Positions 49,461-62,339 of a DNA stretch of 64,000 bases are shown here, in pieces. The notes beneath the pieces are model-generated. The model was given only the letters and a program-made list of their open reading frames with translations. It did not search any database and was not told the DNA's origin. Positions within the stretch are counted from its first letter, which is position 1. Each line of letters begins with the position of its first letter. This stretch comes from Azolla caroliniana (Eukaryota > Plantae > Polypodiophyta): positions 9,731 to 73,730 of the forward strand of contig JBHGNT010000123.1 in NCBI GenBank assembly GCA_043228905.1, given 5' to 3'. The translations under genes and the position numbers were made by a program.

Positions 49461-52400
49461 TGTAATGCTATACCTTGGATGTGTATCTACTAAAACTTCT
49501 ATACAACGATGACAGTAGTAAATGTAGGAATACCTAGAGATTTCTTGCAAAAGCTTTGGTGGAGAAATAGCTTAAGTCTCCTTAAAGTTCTTCATGATGA
49601 AATTGCATTTGTGTGGATAAAGTTCAACTATTTCTTCTCCTTAAATTTTGTTCACCATCTTGTGTTGATATTAACAAATTTATAACATTGTGATTACTTG
49701 GAATTTACTTAGTGGGATTGCCATAACGCTTACCTCTCCAAAAGGGGCCTTTCTTTCTAATGTGTATGAACATTAGTGAGGATCTTTGTGTTGGCCTTTA
49801 TGTCTTTTACTTCCTAAAGTCCTATAGTGTCATAATATCTTAATCATGAAAATGTTAAGAAAACGTTTAATTGCACTCTTGCAATGGGAAGTTAAGAAAA
49901 TGTTTGCGTAATGTCTCTTCAGTTTCCCATGTGTTGTCTTCTTCCAATCTATCCTTCCACTTAACGTTATAGCGATGAACAACTTTTGACCTTAGGTTTC
50001 TAGACCTATGGTCGAGGATTTTCTCAGGTTCATGTGGAGCAAAGTGATCATCCTCTAATGTTGATAAATTAGACGGTGTTAAAAAATTATCATCATAACC
50101 AATCGCCTCCTTTAATCGACTCATGTGGAATATGGGATGAACCATCAGATTGGAAGGCAAATCCAAACGATAAGCATTGGGATCTATACGTTTTAAAACT
50201 TTATATGGTCCACAATACCTTGGAGCTAATTTTGCACACGGTCATGTTCTCAATGTTGTTGAGTCCTTAGGAACCCATAGAAAAACTTGTTGTCCTACGT
50301 GAAATTCCCTCGGTTTTCTTTCATGATTCGCAGAAAAGACATTTTTGTCCTGTGCCATCTTAAGGCTTTCTTCTACCAATTTACGTGCTTCAAGCATATC
50401 AGACAGAAAATACTTTGTACTATCCAAAGTATGCGAATCAAACGAAACATCAATAGGAGGACGTGGCGTATAACCATACATCAACATGAACGGACTGTAT
50501 TTTGTTGATATGCTTAGTGCTGTTGTAGGCAAATTCCACCATAGGAAGGTAAGTCTCACATAATGAGGGTTTTTGCGCTACATATGCTCTCAACATATCC
50601 TCTAATATCTGATTCACTCTCTCAGTCTGCCCATCTAACTAAGGATGATCAAAAGAACTGCGACTCAAGGTTGTTTGTAGTTTCTTCATAACTTCTGACC
50701 AAAATGTACTTGTAAACTTGGAGTCTCGATCACTTACAATCTCCATCGGTAGATCATATAAGCTATAAAGATGTTTAATAAACTTAATAGCCAATTGCTT
50801 TGCGGTAATTGTGGATTTTGTTGGAATGAATCTTGCCATTTTGGTAAGACGATCAACAATCACCCAAATGGCATTATTTCCCTCAACGGAACGAGGTAAT
50901 CCAACTATGAAATCCATGGATATACTTTGCCAGTTTTCAGCTAGAATATCGAGAGGTTGCAATAAGCCAGTTTTTTTCTGTCGCTCAGCCTTAATGACCT
51001 GACATTGTGGACAACGAATGACATAGGACTCTACCTCAGGTTTCATTTTTGGCCAGAAAAACCTAGCTTTAATCAAAGCTAATGTTCATTGCACACCTAG
51101 ATGTCCATCAGAAGGGGCATCATGACACTCATACAAAATTTTATTCTTGATGTCCTTACTATTGCGGTACAATAACCCATTTGCAACATAGTAAAGGTTC
51201 TTCGAGGTAGAAGTGGTTCCATGATCGACGTCAATACCTGTTTAAGCTCTCTTCCAGAACTTCGAAAATGTTCTGTCATCAAGGTATTTTTGTTTACCCC
51301 GGATCAAATCATATAAGTCGTCATTAAATTCCACGAAACTTAGGGCATTAATTTCTGGAATACGACTCAGGGCATCGACAACGGAATTCAAATCCCCTTT
51401 TCCATATCTAATTTCGAAATCAAAGTCTTGCATCAACTCTGTCCATCTTGCCTTTTGACCCTCAAAATTCTTTTGAGAGAGGAAGTATTGCAAGGATTTG
51501 TGATCTGTTAAAACAGTAAATTTACTACCATATAAATAATGTCGCCATTTCTTTAAGGCGTAAATAATAGCAAATAATTCTTTTTCTTGAACCGAGTAAT
51601 TTCTTTGGGCCGAATCCAATTTTTTGCTTTCAAAAGCAATCGGTCCCCCAATTTGAAATAATGCAGCCCCAATAGCATAATCACTTGCATCCGTCTCAAC
51701 TTCGAATGTTTGATTTGGATCAGATATAGGTAAAGTAGGTGCATTCACAATTAATGACTTCAATTTATTGAAGGTTTCTTCAAGAGAGACATTCCACTCA
51801 ATAGGTTTAGTGGACTTTCTTGTAATACCCTTCAATAGGTCCGTAGGTGTAGCGTAGGATGAATAGTTTTGAAGAGATATTCTTAGGAATCCAACAAATC
51901 CTAAGAAAGATCGTAGCTCCTTAACATTTGAAGGCTGTGACCAATTTAATACTGCTTCCATCTTAGATTTATCAAAAGACACACCCGACCTAGATATGTG
52001 GTGTCCAAGATACGTAATCTCCTTTTGAAAGAAATCACAGTTAGCTAGTTTGGGAAATAGCTTGTATTCATGAAGATTGTCCAAAACTATTCAGACATGA
52101 CGCATATGATCCTCAAATGTATTACTATATACCATGATATCACCAAGTTGATCTCTGAATATATCATTCATCAATTGCTAGAATGTGGCTGGAGCATCGG
52201 TTAACCCAAATGGTAGAACCCGAAACTCATAATGACCATAACGAGTTCAGAAAGTTGTTTTGGAAACATCTTCTTCCGAAACCCTGATCTGATGATAGCC
52301 AGTGCACAAGTCTATCTTAGTAAAATATCTTGCACTTTGGAGTCTATCTATCAAGTCATCATAACGAGGCAAAGGGTAGGAATTGCGAATGGTGAGTTTA

Positions 52401-55394
52401 TTCAAACTTTTGTAATTCACATGCATTCGCCATGTTCCATCCTTCTTCTTGGCTAAGATGACAGGAGCTCCCCATGGCGATTTACTGTACCGGATGTGTC
52501 CCATCCTCAAGTATTCCTTGATTTGTCGGGCAATTTCATCCTCTTCGGTTCAACTCAACCGATATGGGGTTATGCTCACAGGTTTAGCGCATGGAACCAA
52601 GTTTATCTTATGATCTATAGGCCGAGAAGGAGGTAGTCCTTGAGGTAACTTATCCGGGAATATCTCCTTAAAATTCAACAAGATGTCACGTAGAGCATCT
52701 TTCTCAAAATTGTCCAATGAACTCTTATCTACAAATTGATACGGAGGATCATTGGGCTCTAATATACATGCATAAAATTGTGCATCGACGTTTTGATCAT
52801 AAGCATAAAGATGATTAACAGACATTAAATTGTTTATCACAATCCCATGAATAAAAACTTGTTGGTTGTTATTTCCTTCAAAAGAAATAGTATGATTTGG
52901 CAAATCGATATAAAGACTATGTCTATTATAAAACCATATGTAACGAAGAACTACATCTACCGTTCGTAAATGCATTACATGAAAAGTCAACTTTTCAATG
53001 TAGTTATTTATTATTAGGGGTACACCATGTGCAATTAATGAATGCCTTTGGACATGGCCTCCCGCAATAAGGACTTTGTAGTCGGGGTCACTTTTGGTTG
53101 TTTTTATTCGTAATATCTGAACCATATTAGAGTCAAGAAAATTATGAGTGCTACCATAGTCAAATAGTATAGTTACACTTTGATTGTGGATAGTCCCATA
53201 AGTTTTAAGTAAATCGTGTGGTCCGAGAATATTTTTTTGTAATGCAATAGAACTAACGGAATTCAAATAATTCAAGAACATACTTGGATTATTGGAAGTT
53301 GATGGCTTTCTTTGCAGATTGTTGGAGTTACCACTCTTCTTTCTCCACCTACACTCGTTGGCTTTATGCCCAAGCTTCTTACAAAAGTTGCAGATTATTA
53401 CCCGTCTTTTCGCATTGTCGCCTTGACCTATCAGAGAAGGTTGGTATCTACGTTTGTCGCTTTCTCCTTCTGACTCTTTTAGTTGGTAACGAGGTTTTGT
53501 GTCAAACAGAATGCGGGCACGTTCCATCGCTTCTCCCAAGGTCTTGGGTTGATGAGTATGGATCTTATAATGAAAATCTTTATTATGAAAACTATTAATA
53601 TATAATCCTATCTATATTTCCTCATTAGATGCCGACAAAAGTCCATGCTTTGTTATTAACTTGAGGAAATACTGATTGAATTGGTCAATAGTCCTGCCCT
53701 TATCTGACAAGTGACACATATCTTGTATCACTTAAGAAGTTGTCTTGGAACGGACAAATTCCATCCTGAGAGTCTTTTCAAATGCCTCCCACGTTCCTGG
53801 TTTTCTATCCAACCGCTCCCACCATGAGTTTGCAGCACCGATCATCTCATGAACCGCCATATCGATCTTTATAGAGACATTCTCAATATTCTCGAGGCGA
53901 AAGTGAGCATTCCATCGGTTTATCCAACTGCTCACAAACTCGTGGTTGCATTGCTTATCCCTTCCTGAGAACTATTGAGGAGTAAATGAAGCTTTCTTCG
54001 TATTGCTTGATGTGGAAGCATGTGCCTTTAACTCCAAAATTTGTTGTTGAAGGTTTTCATTTCAAATTGATGCCTATTGGCATCAAGAAGCCCTTCAAGT
54101 TTGGAGGAAAACGCAGTTGTGACCATTGTCATTGACTTGACAATATCATCTTGCATTTTGCGGAAATCATCCCTCGTGACAAATTTGATATCATCGTTAA
54201 TATCCTTGTCACGAACCGGAGATATTGGTCGGTTGTCCTCATCTCGTATAGGAGAAATTGGATGACCTTGACGGGTGGGAGATGTGGGATGTGTCGAAAA
54301 ACTATGATGATTGGGAGATGTGTGATGTGCGGAATTACGAGAGGAGGAAAGAAATAAGGAGAATTGAGAGAGGAAAGAAATAAGTATACTAAAGTCTAAA
54401 GTACTAAAGTGTATTATAAAAGACTTTAGGATTTAGATGAGTAACTGAAGAGTGATAGATAATGAGAGAGTGGGAATACTTATATACCCAATTTTCTTAA
54501 GTCGGCGAGTAAAAAACATTCCCCCTAGATATATCCAATTTAGGCATTTATCCCTTTTTTATCTATAGGAATTTAAAAAACATTCCCCCTAGATATGTCC
54601 AATTTAGGCATTTATCCCTTTTTTATCTATAGGAATTTCTAAATTAGACATTAGGAGCAATACCTTCCCTTTTAAGAAGTCGGTGAGTACTAGTCGGTGA
54701 CCAACTCTCTAAGGTTACTTTCTTGAATGCTTCCAAACTAGGAAATTCTCCTTTTTTAGTTATGAAAATTTTCTAGTTTAGATTTTAGAGATAAACATCC
54801 CCTTTTTGGAAGTCAGTGGGGATAGTAGGCAACTTCCTTGAGAATCACTATAGTCTGTACTAACCAAAAGATGATGATGATCATCCAAATAATGATGATC
54901 TCTTCACTCATCATCCCAATATTCCTCTTGAGAATCATTGTACTAACAAAATAGTGATGATGGTCATCCCAATAATGATGATCTATTCACTCATCATAGC
55001 CTTATTCCTCCCATCCATCTCATACTCATGATCCCTCTCAACATTGATTTCTTCTCTTATCTCTCTCCTTCGTATCGATTGATAAATGATGATGATCTTA
55101 TCCATATAATTATATTATCATCCTTTTAATCAACTGTATAATCATCCCTATAATCCACCCATTAACGTTAATGATCTATGGAGAGCTTCGTCTGAACCAC
55201 TCATGGGGTCCCCCTTAACCAAGGAGAGTCTCCCCAATTTATAGGACCTAGGCCATGTAATGACATCTACCTGACCAATCATGTGCGGGGTACCCTATGA
55301 CACACATTAGGTCAGTCCAATAAAGTCGACGACTTAGATATTACAGTATGATAGCCCCCTAATAAGCACGTCTAAACCAATTCAGAACATTACA
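49461..55394 (-). mobile_element. Old chromovirus-type Ty3/gypsy element (gag, PR, RT, RH, IN, chromodomain), decayed; boundaries approximate
   Basis: CNFCKKLGHKANEC, SPWGAPVIL, VETDASDYAIG, SISMDFIVGLP, IVSDRD, HPIFHMS and chromodomain PEKILDHR..YNVKWK..NTWE. TGTAATG/CATTACA ends, but no matching TSD or clear LTR pair. Confidence 0.88.
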
Positions 55395-56042
55395 AGGTAG
55401 ATGGCTATGTTAACAAAGGGTCGCATACAATGGTTGTTTGGTGGTCCCTGCATTGGTCTTCTTCAAGTTGTAGCGTGGTTTGATTGTACAACTAGAATGT
55501 GTAAGTGTATTTACAAATAAGTGTGTGAAATTTTATGTCCAATAAATGGTTGTGTAGTTGTAACACGTTCGCGTTCAGAAGTGGAAGGATCGCGCAAAAA
55601 TGGAACGATAAGGAATATTCCTTCTAATTTTGGGGTTTAGGTACTCTATTCACAAAACATAATGATACCAGTATCACATGTTCTCAAAATACCATTGGAA
55701 AACCTCAAAAATTCATCATTTCGTAAACTTGAAAAAACGCTAAAATTATGCTATAATCGAAATGGTACAATGTTCACTATCACTAAGAAGTCAAGAAGTA
55801 ATGTATTTTATAACAAACAATGTTTGTACAAAGCAATAATATTTCTAAACATAACTTTTACATCTTTCAAGTATTACAAACGACACTCTATTACAATAGA
55901 TACCAAAATTACATTGACGAGTGCAACATTTACAAAAATCACTTGTATCATGATCCAGAGTTGCGACTATAACTAATATACAATGCGGATTGTTCCTCGT
56001 CATCTAAGGATGTACCTATTAAGGCATTGTCTTCATCTAAAA

Positions 56043-56592
56043 CTAGATGTTGACATTCCATGTTATGGACGATCTTATTTGCCTTCGACTTGAGACCCCT
56101 TGTAGAATAGGTAATTTCTCCTTGATGATATCTATTGTAGACTTCCTGAGATGTCCAAGTTTTGTTAGTGTGAAGTCGTAAACAATAATATCTACGTCAC
56201 CAATGTCTAGGCATGAACTGCTACGAATATTTCTTTTCCTCTTTCTATTCCCCCTTGACCGTGGACATTCCATCATCTCTAATGCATACTTGCCAGTAAA
56301 GGCATTTTTGCTTCTAGTGTTGTACCAATGCATCTTTATAGATTGGATTTGGCTTTGGTTCTCATGCATCACCACATCTAAAACCTTACCAATCCCTAAT
56401 TGAGGTCCCAACTCATTATCATCACTAGGTGTAGCAATTAATATACCCACCTTCAATTCTTGCAAGTTTCCTTGCCACCTCGTTTCCGTTATTTTCGTCA
56501 GCTTGGGTCCAGCATATATGTCCCTTTGTGGTGGATGGAACAAGCTATCATTAATCGCATTAGGTGCAAGAGGAGAAGTCTGAGAATTACGA
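56043..56592 (-). pseudogene. C-terminal fragment of a probable transposon-associated ORF, truncated by element F
   Basis: Globular-looking frame (LQELKVGILIA..IGKVLDV..MHWY..YDFTLTKLGHLRKST) cut exactly at the F LTR. Family not determined. Confidence 0.45.
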
Positions 56593-57130
56593 TGTCGTGA
56601 AGATTTTCGGCAATAGTGTGAAAATCCCATAAAACGTACAAAATCGAGTATGAATCACATAATACAATAATTGTGAAGATAACATTTTAAATAAATTTAA
56701 TATCTAAGTACAAAATGATGGAGGTTTCGAATGCACTTTATTACACGAGAAACAGACAACTAAATGCCAAGATATGAGGGTATAAAGTTTGTGAAAGGAA
56801 AAGAGAAAATTGTGAGATATCCCACATAGGCACGACAAATACGGCTCTCATCATATATAAGGTAGAGCAAAAGATATTATCTTTGTGTTTATGTGTGGAG
56901 CATAGAGAGTTCAAGGTAACTTGAACTAAGAGTGGAGGTGGGCTAGCTACTCGTAAAGGGTTTTGGCCAACCAAAACCGGACCGACGATGGAGCCGGTGA
57001 TCCGGCGACGGCGAGGCACCAGTAACCGACGACATCTGGCGGCAACCGGCGACGGCATCCGACGAACCGGCGTCCGGTGACTAGATAAATAAATATATAA
57101 ATATATATACATATATACATATACAAGGAG

Positions 57131-57200
57131 GGCAAGTAAAGATTCAAACCTTGCACCTCCAAGTTAAGAGTCAATTGGCTTACCATTAAGCCATGCCATT
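57131..57200 (-). other. tRNA-like A-box/B-box cassette in the F LTR
   Basis: Minus strand reads tggcttaatggtaagcc...gaggtgcaaggtttgaatcttt. Confidence 0.65.
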
Positions 57201-60200
57201 TAGTTGAATTTATATTTCTATCATTGTACTTTTATGTGTAAATTCTCATACATGAGAGCTAAAATGAGTGACATGGTTATCATGCACCACATGTAATACA
57301 TAAGCGCCAAATGGCAAGCATGCATTTTATGCATGTCTTGTACCCTTACATGCATCATATGCATGAGAGCATCTATAAAAGAAGGGGGAGGAAAAAAAAC
57401 GCGTTTTTTTTTGTTATGAAATTAAGAGGAAGAAATTCGTTATCAAATTGATCGTGTAACTTGTTTCTTAAATCCAAAGATAAAAGTTCAATCAATCTCT
57501 CTCAATCGTTTAATCTCAAATTGTCTCTTTCCCAATCTATCCTAAGTACTTTCTCGCCAAAGCTTGCGCCAAAGCTTGTACCGACTTTGAATCCTTCCGG
57601 TTCAGAACCCCGGCGGTTCTGCCTCACGATCCGCGCGTAGTGACGGATCTTCATGACATAATTAAGTGGTGAACCCGACGTGAAAGAGGCGGTAGGAAGG
57701 ATCAAGTCAAGATTAATACTTGGAGATGGCGTCCTCAAGCAACCAAGCGGGAGAGCTCGAAAGGATGATGTTAATCGTCGAGCAAATGATGAGATCTCGG
57801 GACAACGACGCGAGCGTGGAGAAGGCTGTCGATCGTGTCGTAGAGCTCGAGGGCCAATTCGATGGAAGGAATGTTACGAAGTTCCTTGATGCATATAGAA
57901 GGGAGATGAATCAGAGGGACGTGTCCGAGGCACGTCAAATCGTAAGCTTCAAGAGAGTTGTCGCCAACAACATCCAAATACGCGTCATCGAGCTTCAAGA
58001 AGGTAAGACAACATGGTTCGAGTTCGAGAAAACGATACTAGCGGAGTTTGTGACTGAAGACTCAACGAGGATGACTCGACATGCCCTGATGAAGTGGATA
58101 GAGAAGAAGAATAAGAAGATGAGCATCTCGAGGGTGTACGACGAATTTGACCAGATGTTTAGTCGTCTCCCCAATACGGACCAAGTGTTGCTTGAAGAGG
58201 ATAAGACTTTGTACTTCTTGAAGGCCGTGGACACAAAGGATAGACGGGAGTTGGGGACTCTTCTCGAAGATGATACCCAAGCAAATGGGCTCGTAGCGGA
58301 CTGGATCGCGGTGAAGTGGGCATGCAATAGGCTCGACAAGCGTCGCCAATGGGTTGATGACATCGACTTGACGGGATCGACTACCACGGAGAAAGCAAGA
58401 CCGCCGAAAGTAGCTGAGCCGCCAAGTCAAAGTAACATGGAAGAAAAGAAGATTGATGACGACATCATTGAAGAGCTAGCGAAGAAGTTCGAGAAGGTCA
58501 CGCTAGCCAACATGAATCGTTGGGGCCCTAAAGGAAAAGAACCCTTTAGATGCGTGTGGTGCGATAGCATGGACCACATGAGAAGGGATTGTGCGAGCCT
58601 TCGAGAGGCGATTCGACAAAATATCGTATACATAGAGGACAACATGATCTGCTCAAGCGAGACTAGAAGACCCCTACGGGTGAATTTCGGAAGAGGAGGA
58701 ATGAAGAAATCTATGGAGGATGCCGATGCGACTCATGTGGATGCGATGCACTATGCTGCGTCGGCCGGAATAAGAGTCGGGAAAGACAAGACAGAAGCTG
58801 CTAGAGCGGGAGCAAAGTTTTGGACTTCCGTTCTCGAATATGAGAAGAAGGGAAAAGTCACATCGAACGAGGTAGAGCTTGCGGACCGAAGCGTGCAAAG
58901 CATAACCGGGTGGTCGGATCCGGTGGATGACAACACCATACTCGCAGAGGTGATGTGCGACAACCACGAGGTGTTCGTCGAAGAAAAGAGAAAGAGAATA
59001 GAAGAGCAAGGCCCATAAAAAAGATATGAAACAAGGAACGCGAAAAAGAAGGACGATGCGGAGACGAGTCGACCTTTACAAACGGAGGAACGAGAATCAA
59101 GCCGAAAAGGGGAGCCGAGCATACGAGTTGAAGAAACGGTTCGGCCCGTGAAGGTTGGTGTCGAAGACCCCGCTTGGAGGACAAGGACTATACCTACCTA
59201 TAAGCTAAGGTCGGACATAGAGCAGATGACGGACCTAAAGAAGATTCTCGAAGAACGAGTTCTTGATAGCCACGTAACTTTGTCCTTGAGGGAATTGCTT
59301 GGCATTACGAAGAAGGAGTTCCATGACACGATTGTGGACCTTGTAAAGAGAAAGAGACAACAATCGGATGAGGAAGAAGAGAAGCAGCAAAAAGAAAAAA
59401 CGAATGCCATAACGATGGCAAGAGACGAAGTCGATGAAGATATGGTGGACATCCACTATACTCGACCTCATTGGGCACGAGCGACAACGGAGACGCCGGT
59501 GAAGATCGGGGAGAAGAAAGAGACCGTGGTAGCCTTGATCGACCACGGCTCGGAGATCAACCTCATGTCAACCAACTTCTACAAAAAAGGAAGATGGCCA
59601 ATCAATACAAACCACGGATGGAATATTCGCGCGGCAACAAAGTCTACGGAGGACTTGTACGGAGCTTGTCCCAATATCAAAGTCACAATCGGGGATGTGG
59701 AGATGGATCAACACTTCTTCGTACAAGAATCGACGTTGCATCCTGTCATCCTAGGGCAACCTTATATCACATCATCTCGGATGGAGACCAAAGTGTTCGA
59801 TAATGGATCAGCCTTCACACGAATAAAGAGTCTTGACAACCAAAGATTGGTCCAATTCCTAACGGTGCGAGCCAATCATGAAAGGAATCGAGATAGTCTC
59901 GGAGGTGAATCCTTGGATTTTTAGAGCGGACTATTGAAGCATGGGGTACAAATAGTCTGAGCAATCACAAGACCCCACAAGAAAGAAGAGTGTGTGGATT
60001 GCGAGGAGAAGCAACATGTGTCACACCTAGTGGCGCATGTAAACTAGTACTACCCGACAAGAAGCACAAGCACCGGATACAAGAATTCGAGAAGATGCTG
60101 AAAGAAGAAAACATAATAGAAGAAGGAGAGTTCGTGACTCATATTATGGAAGAAACCTCATTTAACGACACCATCGGTGAAATCGAGGACGTCGTGGACT

Positions 60201-61644
60201 TGAGCTATCTTCACAACCAATGCGTGATTTCGGTTAACTCCGTCAACATGTACGCTATCATCGATGAATACCGTCGTGGCATCTCGATGAAGGAAGCTGA
60301 CATCAACATGAAATATAAAACGGTGGATAAGAAGATCAAGCCAGTTGCGGTTCCGCTACCAGAAGATAGCTGGCAAAAGATGAAGGAAGTCGCTAACGAT
60401 CCAAGCTTAAGAGATCCGAAGAAGATAGACATGTCTTCACCAAAGAGACGAAGGGGAAGCTACGAGTTGGAAAGGAGGATTTCCTTCTCCCTGAAGAGGA
60501 GCGAATGTTTCGTGATATGCTTGAGAGACATGGGAAGGCTTTCGCATTCTTCCCATGAGAAATCGGATGCACCGACCCAAAGGTTATAGAGCCGATGGTG
60601 ATCTTCACGGTGCCTCATGTGCCTTGGAATTTGAAACCGATATCGGTTCCGAGAGCACACCTTCCGAAGTTGATCGAGCTCTTAAAGGAGAAGGTGAGTA
60701 TCGGAATTCTAGAACCGTCGAATGCTCCTTATTCCAATAGGTGGTTCATGGTGCAGAAGAAGAATGGATCATTGCAATTCATCCAAGATCTTCAACCCGT
60801 CAACAAGGTGACAATTCGAAATGCCGGAATCGGTCCGAGCATGGACGAATTTGCCGAAGCGTTTGCGGTACTCCGGATATGACCAATTCCAATTGGCGAT
60901 CGACAGTCGGGACATTACAACCATGAGGACTCCGATCGAACTTGTGCGGATGTGTACCTTACCCCAAGGCGCAACGAACTCGGTGGCTCATATGGTGAAT
61001 GCCATGAATAAAGTCTTGAAGGATTGCATCCCAGACATCACGATGCCATTCTTGGATGATATTCCGATAAAAGGATGTTCGGATGAGGAGAAAGATGAAT
61101 CAAAAGATAAGGAAGGTTGTAGAAAGTTCGTTGCGGATCATATGAAAGATTGCGAGAAGGTGCTTCAAAGGCTCGAAGATGCGAATTTGACATTTTCGGG
61201 AGAAAAATCCGCATTCGGGCAACCGGAGATCTTGGTGGTAGGTCACTTGTGTGGAGCATACGGCCGGAATCCCTCGCCATCCAAAGTGAATGCAATCCAA
61301 GACATGAAAGAAGAATGCGAAAACCAAACGGAGGTTCGAAGGTTCCTTGGAGCGTGCGTGTTTTATCATATATGGATTCCTCACTACGCTCATGTCGCCG
61401 AACCGTTATATGGACTACTAAAGAAAAGAATGAAGTTCGAATGGCGAGATGAGCACACAAATGCGATGCGAAGATTAAAGAAACTGCTTCTTGAAGCTCC
61501 GGCAGTAAGTAAGGCCAACTATACCAAAGGGAAACCAATTTACGTTGTCGTAGTGTATTTTGTACACTACGTGAAAAACGTATATAGTATTAGATTCAAT
61601 AAAAAATGAAGAAATAGAAGAAAATAGCAAAATAAATGGAACAT

Positions 61645-61712
61645 GCATAGGGCAAGATTCGAACCTTGCACCTCCTTGTTAATAATGTAATGTCTTACCA
61701 TTACACTAGCAT
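61645..61712 (-). other. tRNA-like A-box/B-box cassette in the G LTR
   Basis: Minus strand reads tagtgtaatggtaagac...gaggtgcaaggttcgaatcttgc. Confidence 0.7.
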
Positions 61713-62339
61713 TTCATTAGTGTTAAAGCATAGATGTCCCACATAGAAAGGTAAATTCACGCTAGGATAAACATTAGAAAAACGCATAACAAAAGAAAAA
61801 GCTACACATACACATCTAGCGTACATGATAAAAAACGCACAAGTTAGAAAAAAGCATGATCACTTTAGATAAAGCATATAGTCTATCTATAGGAAAAGCA
61901 TGGGGTCTATAGTTAGAGAAAAAGCATGGATTACTAAGACTTACTCATCACTACATAAGGATGGGGAGCACAATGTAATAGTGTGTGAAATATTTGGAAA
62001 TTGGATATATTTCCGAAAACACCAACCGATTAATATAATCGTGGGATTCACGAAAATAATATAATCTATACTTGTGGGATTCACAAGTTTCTTATATCTT
62101 TCTTTCAATCTAAATAAATATTCTTATCTAAATATTGATTAATCGAATACAATACACTCGTGGGATTCACGAGATTTCTATCTCTCTTTCTAATAATCTA
62201 TTCATTACTAGCCTCATCTCATATTCTTCTTTCTCCTAGTCCAAAACCTCGGCGGTTCCCACCCGACTCACGCAAACGATCCGGAGCCGAAAGGCACGAC
62301 ACAGTTGGTGAACCCGACGTGAAGGCGGGTGGCAAGGAG

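Noticed and set aside
49461-49860. 3' LTR of the chromovirus paired with 54340-55394
   Set aside because: I could not see direct-repeat similarity, a PPT or a matching TSD, so the boundaries are left approximate.
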